Source: Felis catus (taxonomy: Eukaryota). From it: 64,000 bases of DNA. The DNA lies in contig NC_058383.1 of assembly GCF_018350175.1 (NCBI RefSeq), positions 24,616,001 through 24,680,000 of the forward strand. The letters are read 5' to 3'. A program made the translations under genes and the position numbers. The notes beneath the pieces were generated by a model that made no database searches, was not told the origin of the DNA, and saw only the letters and a program-made list of their open reading frames with translations. How positions within the stretch are numbered: the stretch's first letter is position 1; each line of letters starts with the position of its first letter. Below, in pieces: positions 26,101 through 38,500 of the stretch.

Positions 26101-29100
26101 TTTGGCACCCCTGTCCTGCTAGAAAATGTTGGAGAGGAGCTGGATGCATTTATTGAACCCATCTTGCTCAAGTCCACATTTAAGCAGCAAGGGGTTGAGT
26201 ACATGAGGCTGGGTGAAAACATCATTGAATACTCCAGGGATTTTAAGTTATATATCACAACCCATTTGAGGAACCCACATTACCTCCCTGAAGTCGCTGT
26301 GAAAGTCTGCCTGCTCAACTTCATGATCACACCCTTAGGTCTCCAGGATCAGCTCCTTGGCATTGTGGCCGCCAAGGAGAAGCCAGAACTGGAAGAGAAG
26401 AAGAACGAGTTGATTGTGGAAAGCGCCAAGAACAAGAAACAGCTAAAAGAAATTGAAGATAAGATCTTGGAAGTCCTCTCCCTGTCTGAGGGCAACATCC
26501 TCGAGGATGAGACTGCCATCAAAGTTTTGTCCTCCTCCAAAATGCTGTCTGAGGAGATATCTGAGAAACAGAAAATTGCTTCAGTGACAGAAACACAGAT
26601 CGATCAGACTCGGATGGGCTACAAGCCAGTGGCTGTCCATTCTGCCACCATCTTCTTCTGTATCTCTGACCTGGCCCACATCGAGCCAATGTACCAGTAC
26701 TCCCTGACATGGTTCATAAACCTCTATGTGCATTCCCTGGCTCATAGCAATAAAAGTGAAGAACTGGACCGTCGCATTGAGTACATCATCGAACATTTTA
26801 CCCTCAGCATCTACAACAATGTCTGCCGCTCTCTGTTTGAGAAGGACAAGCTACTTTTCTCTCTCCTCCTCACCATCGGCATCATGAAAGAGAAAAAGCA
26901 AATTAATGAGGAGGTTTGGTATTTCCTTCTAACTGGAGGTGTCGCCCTGGACAACCCCTTCCCCAACCCAGTTCCTGAATGGCTGTCCGAGAAGGCGTGG
27001 GCGGAAGTGGTTCGTGCCTCGGCATTGCCCAAACTGAAAGGCCTGATGGAACATTTAGAACAAAATGCTGATGAGTGGAAGCTTATCTATGACTCCACCT
27101 GGCCCCATGAGGAGACATTCCCTGGATCTTGGAAGTTCCTTCAGGGATTGGAGAGGATGGTAATCCTACGATGTTTGCGGCCTGACAAAATGGTTCCAGC
27201 CATTCGGGAGTTCATCGCTGAGCACATGGGCAGTGTATACATTGAAGCCCCTACCTTTGATCTCCAGGAGTCCTACAATGATTCCAGTTGTTGTGCACCG
27301 TTGATTTTTGTGTTGTCTCCAGGTGCGGACCCAATGGCAGGTAAGGGCAGAATGTTGTGTGAAGAACATAAATACCCCAGGATGCATGAATGGATGACAA
27401 CAGCGTGTCCCTTCCAGCAAGAATCTCAAACTCAGATGCTTTGAAATGTGAACAGTTAACAGGTGAAGGTGAGGGTGAGGCCACTGAATATTTCTTTTCC
27501 CACCTAAAGAAAGCCCTCTTCAGCCCCGAAGCACCATGCCATTCTGATAATGTGAGCCCAGGAAGGCTAGGTCACCTGATTTTTCAAGAGAAATCAGAAA
27601 TGCAGAAATCACCCATTTTTACAGCCTGATAACTCATTCAAATTCTTTCCTAAAAATTGTGAGGGCCAGACCAGGACTAGATTTAGCCTACTGGGTGGTA
27701 GTTTATCATCTTCATCCTAAACCATTTTCTAATACTATTGCCTCTCTAAATTAGGCTTTTCTCTTTTCTTTTAATTTTTAAATTAAAGGTTTTTTTTAAA
27801 TGTTGGTTTATTTTGAGAGAGAGGGGGCATCTGGGTGGCTCAGTCAGATAAGCATCCGACTTTGGCTCAGGTCATAGTCTCATGGTTCAGGAGTTCAAGC
27901 CCCATGCCAGGCTCTGTGCTGACAGCTCAGAGCCTGGAGCCTGCTTCAGATTCTGTCTCTCCCTGTCTTTCTGCCCCTCCCCACTTGGTGTTCTGTCTCT
28001 CTGTCTCTCAAAAAGATAGATAAACATTTTAAAAAGAAGAAACATAGAAAGTGAGAGAGTGTGTGCCTATGCATGTGTGTGAGTTGAGGGGCAGAGAGAG
28101 AGAGGGAGAGAGAGAATGCTAAGCAGGTTCTGCACTGACAGTGTGGAGCCCAAAGTGGGGCTCAAACTTATGAACTGTGAGATCATGACTGAACAGAAAT
28201 CAAGAGTCAGATGCTCAACCACCTGAACCACCCAGGTGCCCCCAATTAAAGTGTAATGACTAATACTGTGTATAACTGTATATAGTAAAAAAAAAAAAAA
28301 AATCAATGTAGAAAAGTATAGGACTGTGGCTCCACCAGGGCCATTTTGCCCCCTCAAGGGACATTTGGCAAAGTGGTGAAACGTTTTTTGTCACAAGTAG
28401 GGGGTGCTACTAGCATCCAGTAGATTGAGCCCAAGGATGCTACTAAATAAACATCCTGCAGTGCACAGGACAGTCCCCCACAACAAAGGATTATTTGGCC
28501 CAAAATGTCAGTAGTGCTGAGGTTGAGAAACCCTGGTGCAGAGTGAAAGGTATATCTTCCTCCTAACCCTTCCAGAAGTAACCATTATTACTGGTTTGTG
28601 TATCTTTCCAGAAATCAATTATTGCATATTAACAGGTATGAGTTATTGACAGAAATAGATTTGTTTTCTGTTCCGCTGGATCTCAAAGCTTTCATTTTCT
28701 CTGTGGCTGAATGAAGAAAAGTACCAGAAATGCAAATGACAAGGTTGCCATTCTTTTGTAACCCCTGAGGTGTTTGACACTTATCCTGACCTGGATGGAA
28801 AGCTGGCAGCTGTGCACCAGGGAGGAAGTCGGAGGAGGGAGCTGAAACGAACTAGTACCCTTTCCACGCTCCCATACCACAGTGTTATTGTCAAAGATAA
28901 ATTCATGGTCCCTTTCTAGTAGCTTTATTTTAACCCCTATGTCCTTTATGTGGCAGATTTAAATTAGAGCAATGAGGGTAAACCAGGAAAGGTAAAGAGA
29001 AATGGAGGAAAGGTCATACTATGGTCTGTAAAATGATGATGTGCTGGCAAAGGATGGGCCAGTTGTGTCCAGTGGCATATGTTGCATATTCCTGTCTGTC

Positions 29101-32100
29101 TGTGCTAGAGGCCTGATCAGATTTAACTTGGATAACTTCCCAGGAGACCTCACGGGTACTGTGTCCCTTGTAGTGCCTCACACCAGGAAGCATATACTAT
29201 CTGATTGTCTTTCCCTTTCTGATTAAGTTTTATCAGTGGACTCAGGCACTGTCATTGTGATCCACCTTCCCATTCTGCTTCCCTTGTAAAGTTTCCCATC
29301 GGCCTCACAGCTAATGTGATGGTTCTCAATCTTGGCTGCACAATGGAATCACCTAGTTTGAGGGGCAGGGGGCAGACTAAGAAAAACCTCCATGTGCACG
29401 CCACACCCTCAACCAATTAAATTAAAATCTTTGTCAATGAGGCCCAGGCATTGTGTTTTAGAATCTTTTCAGGTAGGGGCGCCTGGGTGGCTCAGTTGGT
29501 TAAGTGTCCAACTTTGGCTCAGATTATGATCTCATGATTCTTGGGTTTGAGCCCAGCGTCAGGGTCTGTACTGATAGTTCAGAGCCTGGAGCCTGCTTCA
29601 GATTCTGTGTCTCCCTTTCTCTCTGCCCTTCCCCTGCTTACATGCTCTCTCTTGCTCTCTCTCTCTCTCTCTCTCTGTCTCAAAAATAAACAATCATTAA
29701 AAAAAGAAAAAAGAAGTCTTTCAGATAATTCCAGTATGTTTTGGAAACAACTGACCTGATGATTTTAGTGGTCTTAAAAAAATCAATCCCCAGATCCATT
29801 ATTTCATTAGGGGCTACAAAATGGTATTTTAATTCTGTCAACTATGTTTGCATTTATTCGCTGGAACTCCTCTATGAAGAAAAATTTCCTTGGTCAACTC
29901 TTTGGTTTACTCTGACTATAGCTCAAAAAGGACCAGCAGAATAGACACTTGGTTCATTCTCTTGATTTCTCAAACTTCATATTAATAAATTAGTGCCCTG
30001 GCATCCTGTGAAGTTACTTAAGCAATAAGATTTTCTTTGTGCCATTGTGAATGCATAGATTTTAACATAGTGGGTGTTTCAAACATGGTGGTGTTTTATT
30101 ATTTACTATTCTTTTTGGTTTTCAAATCATTCAGTCTCTAGCCTGTAGGGGCCCCTTCATGCCTAGTAGTTTTCACATAACCCCGGTGGTTTTATATAGC
30201 ATCCTTGCCGTATAGAATTAGCATGTATTCTGGGCTCATCTTGTACAGACATTTCTCTAAGGAACTCCAGTTCTTTCAAAACAGGCCACAGGATTTGGAA
30301 ACCACAATATGAGTACTACTGGATGGATCATTGATTGCAGACCTTACTGCTCACTAATTCTTTCTGGCTGTCTCTACCCTGTGCTTTTAATCAGTACTTT
30401 GAGTTTTTATCTGCAGTGACAGTGCTTTCCATTTCTAGAAGTTTTATTTGTTTTATTCCAAATCCATGTATTTCTTTTCTCGTAGGACTGTGAATTTTAT
30501 TATGCTTTGTGGTCCTCCTTTATTGATTTTTAGATGTATTTCGTTCATGGTCTTTTTCATTTAAAATTTTTTTTTTCAACATTTATTTATTTTTGGGACA
30601 GAGAGAGACAGAGCATGAACGGGGGAGGGGCAGAGAGAGAGGGAGACACAGAATCGGAAACAGGCTCCAGGCTCTGAGCCATCAGCCCAGAGCCCGACAC
30701 GGGGCTCGAACTCATGGACCGTGAGATCGTGACCTGGCTGAAGTCGGACGCTTAACCGACTGCACCACCCAGGCACCCCGTTCATGGTCTTTTTCAGAAA
30801 TTATATTAATCTGCTAGGGCTGCTATAAATAAATATCAAAGACTCAGTGGTTTAAATAAGAGAGATTTATTTTCTCTCAATTCTGGAAACTAAACATCCA
30901 AAATCAGGGTGTCGGCAGGGTTAATTTCTTCTGAGACCTTGGCTTGTTTGTGGCCAGTTTCTCCCTGTGTCATCTTCTCCCTATGTCTTTATATGGTCTT
31001 CTCTCTGTGAGTATGTCATTGTTCCATTCTCCTCCTCTTTTAAGGACACCAGTCCTGTTGGATTAGGACCTGCCCTGTTGACCTCATTTTAACTTAATTA
31101 CCTCTTTAAAGACCCCATCTCCAAATACAGCCACATTCTGAGGTCCTGGGAATTAGGGCTTCAACATATGGATTTGAAAGAGACATAATTGGGCTCATAA
31201 CAGAGTTCATATATAATCTGTGGAGTATTAATTCTCCTGATTGTTTTATGTGCTATCCCTTATAGTGATATATTTCCTCATGTAGCTTGTAATTTTTTAT
31301 TGTGAGTTCACAATAAGCAATTCTGTGTTCTTTTGTGGGAGTCTCCTAATACCTTGGGTTTTAGGAGTGCCCTAACAGAACGACTTTGCATATGCAAACA
31401 CTGATGCCCCAGGGGGGGTTGCCACTCTAGATCAATTTTTTTTAAGTTTATTTATTTATTTTGAGAGAGACAGAGACAACATGAGCAGGGGTGAGGCAAA
31501 CAGAGAGGGAAAGAGAAGCCCAAGCAGGCTCCACACTGTCACACGGAGTGCGTGACCTCACAGAGGCGTGTGCAGAGCCTGACATGGGGCTCAAACTCAC
31601 GAAACCATGAGATCATGACCTGAGCCAAAATGGACAGTCGGGTGCTTAACCAACTAAGCCACCCAGGTGCCCCCATTCTATATCAATTTTATGGGAAATT
31701 TCTCAGTTGGGGAATCCCACCCACAGGTACTATAAACCCACACCCTTCATCCACATGTGGCAAAGGCTTAGTGTTTTGTGTTCTCAGCAGAGAGTTATTT
31801 TTTCCACCAATGAGCTTCTGCATTGCTTCTAGACCAGTAGCCAGATTTCTGGCCACCTTAACGTAAAGGTGCAGCGCTTTGAAGGTCCCAACTGTCTACA
31901 AAAGTCTCGGTTCTAGCCCCCCATTTCTTATGAGTGCAAAAGTTATGTGTCCACAATCACCCAACATCCAGATTGGTTAAATAAAGTATGGTATATTCCA
32001 ATCGTGAAATGCTATGTAACCATGAAAAAGAATAAGACTTTTCTGTATGTACAGGCATAACTTGTTTTATTGTGCTCTACCTTACTGCACTTTGCAGATC

Positions 32101-33878
32101 CGGTTTTTTGTTTGTTTGTTTGTTTTGCACATTGAAGGTTTGTGGCAACCCTGCATCAAGCAACCTATCAGTTCCACTTTTCTTATTTTTTTAAGAGAAC
32201 AAATCTACACATTTATGTATGTATGTATGTATGTATGTATGTATTTTTTTAATGACAGAATGTCTAACTAAGGAGAGTTTTTTTTAAGGAATGTTTATTT
32301 TTGAGAGTGAGAAAGCACATGTGTGCACACTAGCAGGGGAGGGACAGAGAGAGAGGGAGACAGAGGATCTGAAGCAGGCTCAGCACTGACAGCAGAGAGT
32401 CTGATGTGGGGCTTGAACTCACGAACTGAGAGATCATGACCTGAGCCGAAGTCGAATATTTGAGCAACCCGGGTACCTCTCAGTTAAGTTTAAATCCTTA
32501 AGGAGTACAGCATCACACAGATTTTTGTGGTCAGTGGCCTTAGCAGGAAGGTTGCTTTGAAACTTGGCACAAAACATGGCACTGTTTCCATGAGCATGAA
32601 TTACTTTTCCCCAGAGTATTCTGGTTTTCTTCAGTTTGCCACCAGGAATTACTGTGTTGTTCTTTGCTTTGTACACATAAGCACATCTCTTGCGTAGATA
32701 GAATTCAGTTTCATGTTGAGCATAAACACCTTCAATTTTAAGAAGTGCCGTGTGCTCCCTCTGGTTCCAAAGAAAATTGGCCTTGGACCACAGCCTTCCA
32801 GACATATTTGTCGTTTTAGGAGTCCTGTTTCCAGCAGGCCGCCACAGGCTCCAAGATGACAGGAAGAGTATTGGTGCCATTTTTCCAACAACATTTGCTC
32901 ACTTCATGTCTCTGGGTCACATTTTGGTAATTCTTGGCAATATTTCAAACTTTTCCATTGTTTTTCATGGTGATCTGTGATCAGTGATTATAACTTACTG
33001 AAAGCTCAGATGATAGCATTTTTTAGCAATAAAATATTTTTAAATTAAGGTACATACATTGTTTTTTAGACATAATACTACTGCACACTTAATGGGTAAT
33101 ATTGTAGTGTAAACATAACTTTTATATGCACTGGGAGGCCAAAAAAAAATCATTTGCTCGTTTTATTGCATCATTCACTTTATTGCGATGGTTTGGAACC
33201 AAACCCGCAATATCTCTGAGCTGTGCCTGTATTGATGTGGAAAACATCTAAGTGAAAGAAGCAAATGTAGTATTCTGCAGTTCACATAATAGTATATATG
33301 CATTTATTTAATGCATAAAATATGTTTGGAAGGATTCACAAAAAGCTAGTAACATTGGCTGCCTCAGAGGAAAAGAGAAGAGAAAGAGACTTACTTGAAA
33401 TTTCACTGTACAAATGCCTATTTTTCTAGTAAAATACATTTGTAACAACCCAGTTTCTAGTTCTTTGGTTGTGTGTTCATCTCTTTAGTTTTGAGTTCCC
33501 TCTTCATTTTTGGCACCTGGGAAATTCTGTCAGACTCTATTTTTTTTTTTTTGTTATTGTTTGTATTGTATAATTCAGTTTGTAATTATTTTAAATAAAG
33601 AATGCCTGGGGCACCTGGCTGGCTCAGTTCAAAGAGAATGAGGCTCTTCATCTTGGGGTCATGAGTTCAAGCTCCATGCTGGGGGTAGAGATTACTTTAA
33701 AAAAAAACTTAGAGGGGCTCCTGCGTGGCTCAGTTGGTTGGTTAAGCATCTGACTTTGGCTCAGGTCATGATCTTGTGGTTTGTGGGCTCAAGCCCCAGG
33801 CTGGGCTCTGTGCTGACAGCTCAGAGCCTGGAGCCTGCTTCTGTGTCTCCCTCTCTCTCTGCCCGTCCCCTTCTCATG

Positions 33879-33910
<32 letters not shown>

Positions 33911-35424
33911 CAAAAATAAATAAACATTTTTTTAAAACTTAAAAAAAAGAATGTCTATGTATTCAGAACAAAAGAGGAATCAATAGTAGCTTCATTCATC
34001 CTCTTAAAAGAAGTCTAAAGCTTCCCCATAGAGATGCTTATTTTTGTAATTGACAGAAGCCGGTGAGTTTCTTTCCGAGTCCAGAATTTTGATGTAGCCC
34101 TTCTTTCTGCATAGTCCCTGTTAATATGGTCTTAGCTAGCCTGTCCTCTTTCAAAAAAAACCCTTTTCTTCCTGGTCTCAGGCCTGCTGAAGTTTGCTGA
34201 TGATCTTGGCATGGGAGGCACCAGAACACAAACCATCTCCCTTGGCCAAGGCCAAGGCTCAATTGCTGCCAAAATGATCAACACTGCCATCAAAGATGGG
34301 ACCTGGGTGGTGTTACAGAACTGCCACCTGGCCACAAGCTGGATGCCTACACTGGAGAAGATCTGTGAGGAGGTGATTGTTCCTGAAAGCACTAACATCA
34401 GATTCAGGTGAGGTGCTGCCCCACCACTACCTGTTTCGGGGCTCCAATCTTGAGCTTCAGATGTCATGCTGGTGGCTGGGAGTGCTAAGATGAGCAAACG
34501 CAGTTCTCATCTAGCAGAAAACAGACCATGGATGAATGATGTTGATGCCATGCAGTACCTGCTGTACTCGTTTGAATAAGAACCATGGAGCACAGAAAAG
34601 GGAAGGGAAAGCTGGGGAGTACCTAGAGGCCTGACAGTTGCCTGGGGTTTTGAAAGATGATAGTTTTGCAGGAAGGACATTCCAGCCGGAAGGGATAGCA
34701 TCTATAAAAGCAAAGATGCATATGAAGGAAACACTGAGAAGTTATTCTATGAATACGGGGTATATACTATGAGAAGTTGTTGGGGGATATAATAGATGTG
34801 TCTGGGAAAGTAGATTAAATGTCAGTAAATCTGATTTTTAAAATTGTCATGGAAGAAATCTCACCTGTAGTGTAGGCACCAATGTCCATGCTGCTCTAAC
34901 CTGTATTTCTTGGGCTCTGTGGAATTTTAATCAATACTGGAAAGAGCTACCTACTTTTTGTGTGAATTTTAAAGCCTAGCAAAACTGGGCCTCAATTTTT
35001 GCGTATACAAAATGATGAGATGAACCAGACAGACTTCAAAGCCCTTTTCAACTCAAATGTTCTCTTATTCCAGGCAAGAGGTCAGCGAACTACAGGCTGT
35101 AGTTCAAATACAGCCTGCTACCTGATTTGTATGGCCTATATGCTAAGAAGAGTTTTTACATTTTTAGATGGTTGAAAAAAAATCAAAACAACAATATTTC
35201 GTGACACATGAAAATTATATGAAATTCAAATTTCAGTGTCCATAAATAAAGTTTTATTGAAATAGAGCCATGCTCATTCATAGCCTGTCTATTGTGACTG
35301 CTTTCACAATATAAGTAGTTCTAACCGAAACCATATGGCTTGCAGAGCCTAAAAATTTACTCTTTGACCGTTTACAGGAAAGGTTTGCCAACTCCTGTTT
35401 TAGGCTACAAAGTTTGCTGGTTAT

Positions 35425-35470
<46 letters not shown>

Positions 35471-35540
35471 TTCCTTCCTTCCTTCCTTCCTTCCTTCCTT
35501 CCTTCCTTTCCTTCTTTCTTTCTTTTTAATGTTTATTTTT

Positions 35541-35587
<47 letters not shown>

Positions 35588-38500
35588 CAAGTGGGGGAGA
35601 GGCAGAGAGAGAGGGAGACACAGAATCCAAAGTAGGCTCCGGGCTCTGAGCTATTAGCACAGAGCCCGACCCACGGCTTGAACTCACAAGCCATGAGATC
35701 ATGACCTGAGCAAAAGTCAGATGCTTAACTCAGGTGCCCCTGGTTATTTTCATTTTAGTCATGTTTGCCTGAAAATAGGAAAGTGTTTGGTGTTTATTTA
35801 CAAAGCCAGATTAGGCAATGGTTTATTATATACATGTAAGACTCCTATAAAATCCATAGAAGAGTTTAAAGGAATCCAATTAGTTTCAAGAATTCTGTTT
35901 GGTTTGGGATGGTGGCTTGATTAAGCACCATCAATGATACAATGAACATTGAACAAAAAATTATTTATGCTGATATTATGGTCTTCTGTAATATGATCCT
36001 AACACAAAAGTTATTACCCCAAGTGCCTATAGGAGCCAGGAATAACATATATGAATGAAGAGGACTTGGCCACAGGAGATATTCCAGTTCCCACAGTACA
36101 GTGGCAGTCATCATGGGCAGTCAGCGTCAGTGTTGGACATCAACGGAGAGTGGTGGGGACTGCAGTGAACTAGAGGCCCATGCATGACCTTTAGAGAAGA
36201 GCAGTGACTACCTAATACCAAGTGACTATTGCCATGCAGGAGTGCAGGCCCCTTGTGTTCAGATTTTCTCATTATTTTAAAGGGAAGATGGGAATCAAGA
36301 ATTTTAAAAGAAAGTCCCAGTTTTTTTAAAAGTTGGCAGCTACTTCAAACTATGTTGTAGCCTTGTGTTGGTTTGCATGGTATGAGCTAAATATCACCTA
36401 ACTGCAGCCTGAAGTCGGACCTCAATCTACCTGTTTATGGCCTCTTCCCTTCCCTCCTGGCAACTCCTGGGGTGCCAGGTATCGTACTGACCTAGTAGAT
36501 TCTCAGGTAGTCTTGCAGGGGAGGAATATGGTGTGGTGTTTAAGATGGCCTTTGGAGTCAAGGAGCCCTGAGTTCACATCCCATTTCAGTTGCTTCTAAG
36601 TAGTGTGTCCTTGAAAAATCCAGTTGACCTTTGCATGCCTCCGTTTCCTCCCTGGTATAAGGGAATAGCTAATCCCTTCACATAGGGTGGCTGAGAGGGT
36701 CAAGGAAGGGACATATATTAAATTCTTATCATGGGGTTTGGCATCCAGTAGTGCTTAATAAATGGTGGCTATTATTTTTTGTTATCGCTTTTTAATATAA
36801 CTTACTGCATTGCTCTAAATAGTTAGATCTGTTATTCTTCCAGACTCTGGTTAACCAGCTATCCATCAGAGAAATTTCCAGTCAGCATTCTCCAAAATGG
36901 GATCAAAATGACCAATGAGCCCCCCAAAGGGCTGCGGGCCAACCTTTTGCGCTCCTATCTCAATGACCCCATCTCGGACCCCGTGTTTTTCCAAAGCTGT
37001 ACAAAGGCAGTCATATGGCAGAAGCTGTTGTTCGGGCTATGTTTCTTCCACGCCATTGTTCAAGAAAGGAGAAACTTTGGACCCTTAGGTAAGCGATGAC
37101 AGTGTACCTGGGCTGCTGGGGTACAGATCACAGACAAATGCAGATATGTGTTCAAGTTTATACTCCGATAAGGTTGCCAGTAAAATGCTGTATAAGTATA
37201 TTCCATGTAATATTTGGGACATACTTAGACTAAACATGATTTGTTTAAGTGAAATTAAAATTTCACTGACTGTCCTGTATTTTTATTTGATAAATTTGAC
37301 AACCCTATAATTAGGTCACTATCAATGTCAAGAAAAGAGATGTTGCTCCAAAATTAGAGGTCTCCTAATTATTGAAGTAATATGTTAATGAAAAAATTGT
37401 AAGCCCTTCCCTTTGGTGAGTATTTGCCTATCTTAGGTACAATGGCCATTTTCCAGGGAGTTGTCACCAGGTAATTTATGAAATTTTGAGTAGTTCTCTA
37501 AACATGTGCATAACAATGAAGGAAGTACAACTGGGACATTTGCCTGTGTTTCTTCTTGAAAAACTAAAAATAAATTTCATTATTAACATATCCTGTCCAT
37601 GGCCTAACTTACTACTTTATCTTAACTTAATGCTCTTGTTAGAGCAGAACATCCAACTGCTAAATACAGATTCCATATCCACATGGTTTAAAGGTTGGGC
37701 TACCTCTGATTTTGTTCAACAGCCTTGAAATGGCCCAAGGCGATGCATTTTCAGCTGTTCTTTTGGCTTAAATATGGAGGCAAACTGTCCTCTTGGCGAT
37801 TCTCTCTGAGCATCTTCTTCCTTTCCTCCTCCCACCACCCACAGCCCCTGTTAGCTTCCCAGACCACCTGACCATTCCACTGAGGGGTACAGGGATGACA
37901 CAGCCTGGACTGGACACTCCCACCACATCTGTGTTTCATATACCATATTCTCCCACCACTATTCTCCCACCCATGCCAGATCTCCAAAAATCCATGTAAG
38001 AGTTTGGCTTGGAGCCAACAGGCCAGTTGTGTTTTTTTTTGCCAGAACACAAATTTTTTATTTTGCTAAATTTTTATTTGAATGTAAATGTGCAGGAGGA
38101 AATTAAATGTCCCTGCTGAGCACACATCCCACTGAACTCTGCTGTCTTACACTGTGCCCACTTCACATATTTATGTCACTTTTCCAGCCCCTCTGGGCAT
38201 TTATCATTATACCCTTGAAAATACCCTTGATAGTTTCTTCAAGGCTGGCCATCCCATTTTTCCCATGAGCATGAGGAGGGGAATTCTCCAAGCTGATTTA
38301 GTTCTGTTGCCTAATCATAAGATATTGCTCTCTAGCTATGCTTTAGTGTTATTTTTGGAACCCTGTGCATTACCACAGTATTCCAGCCAGGGTGAATTAT
38401 TCTCATTCCACAAATCCCAGCATATTAACATCTACCTTAACAAATGGGGAGATCCATAAGAAAATTGATTTTAGAATGGATGTTTTCTCAGGCAGAATGG

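Larger units (their letters stand above)
32052..33229 (+). mobile_element. Internally deleted Tigger1-type (TcMar) DNA transposon, split by the RPL35A retrocopy
   Basis: TA|CAGGCA...TGCCTG|TA termini with TA TSD; both arms match the recalled Tigger1 ends. Confidence 0.85.

Noticed and set aside
25335..27484. Several antisense ORFs over the big exon (also 10483-10807, 50818-51156)
   Set aside because: Expected shadow ORFs opposite a long coding frame; no independent evidence.
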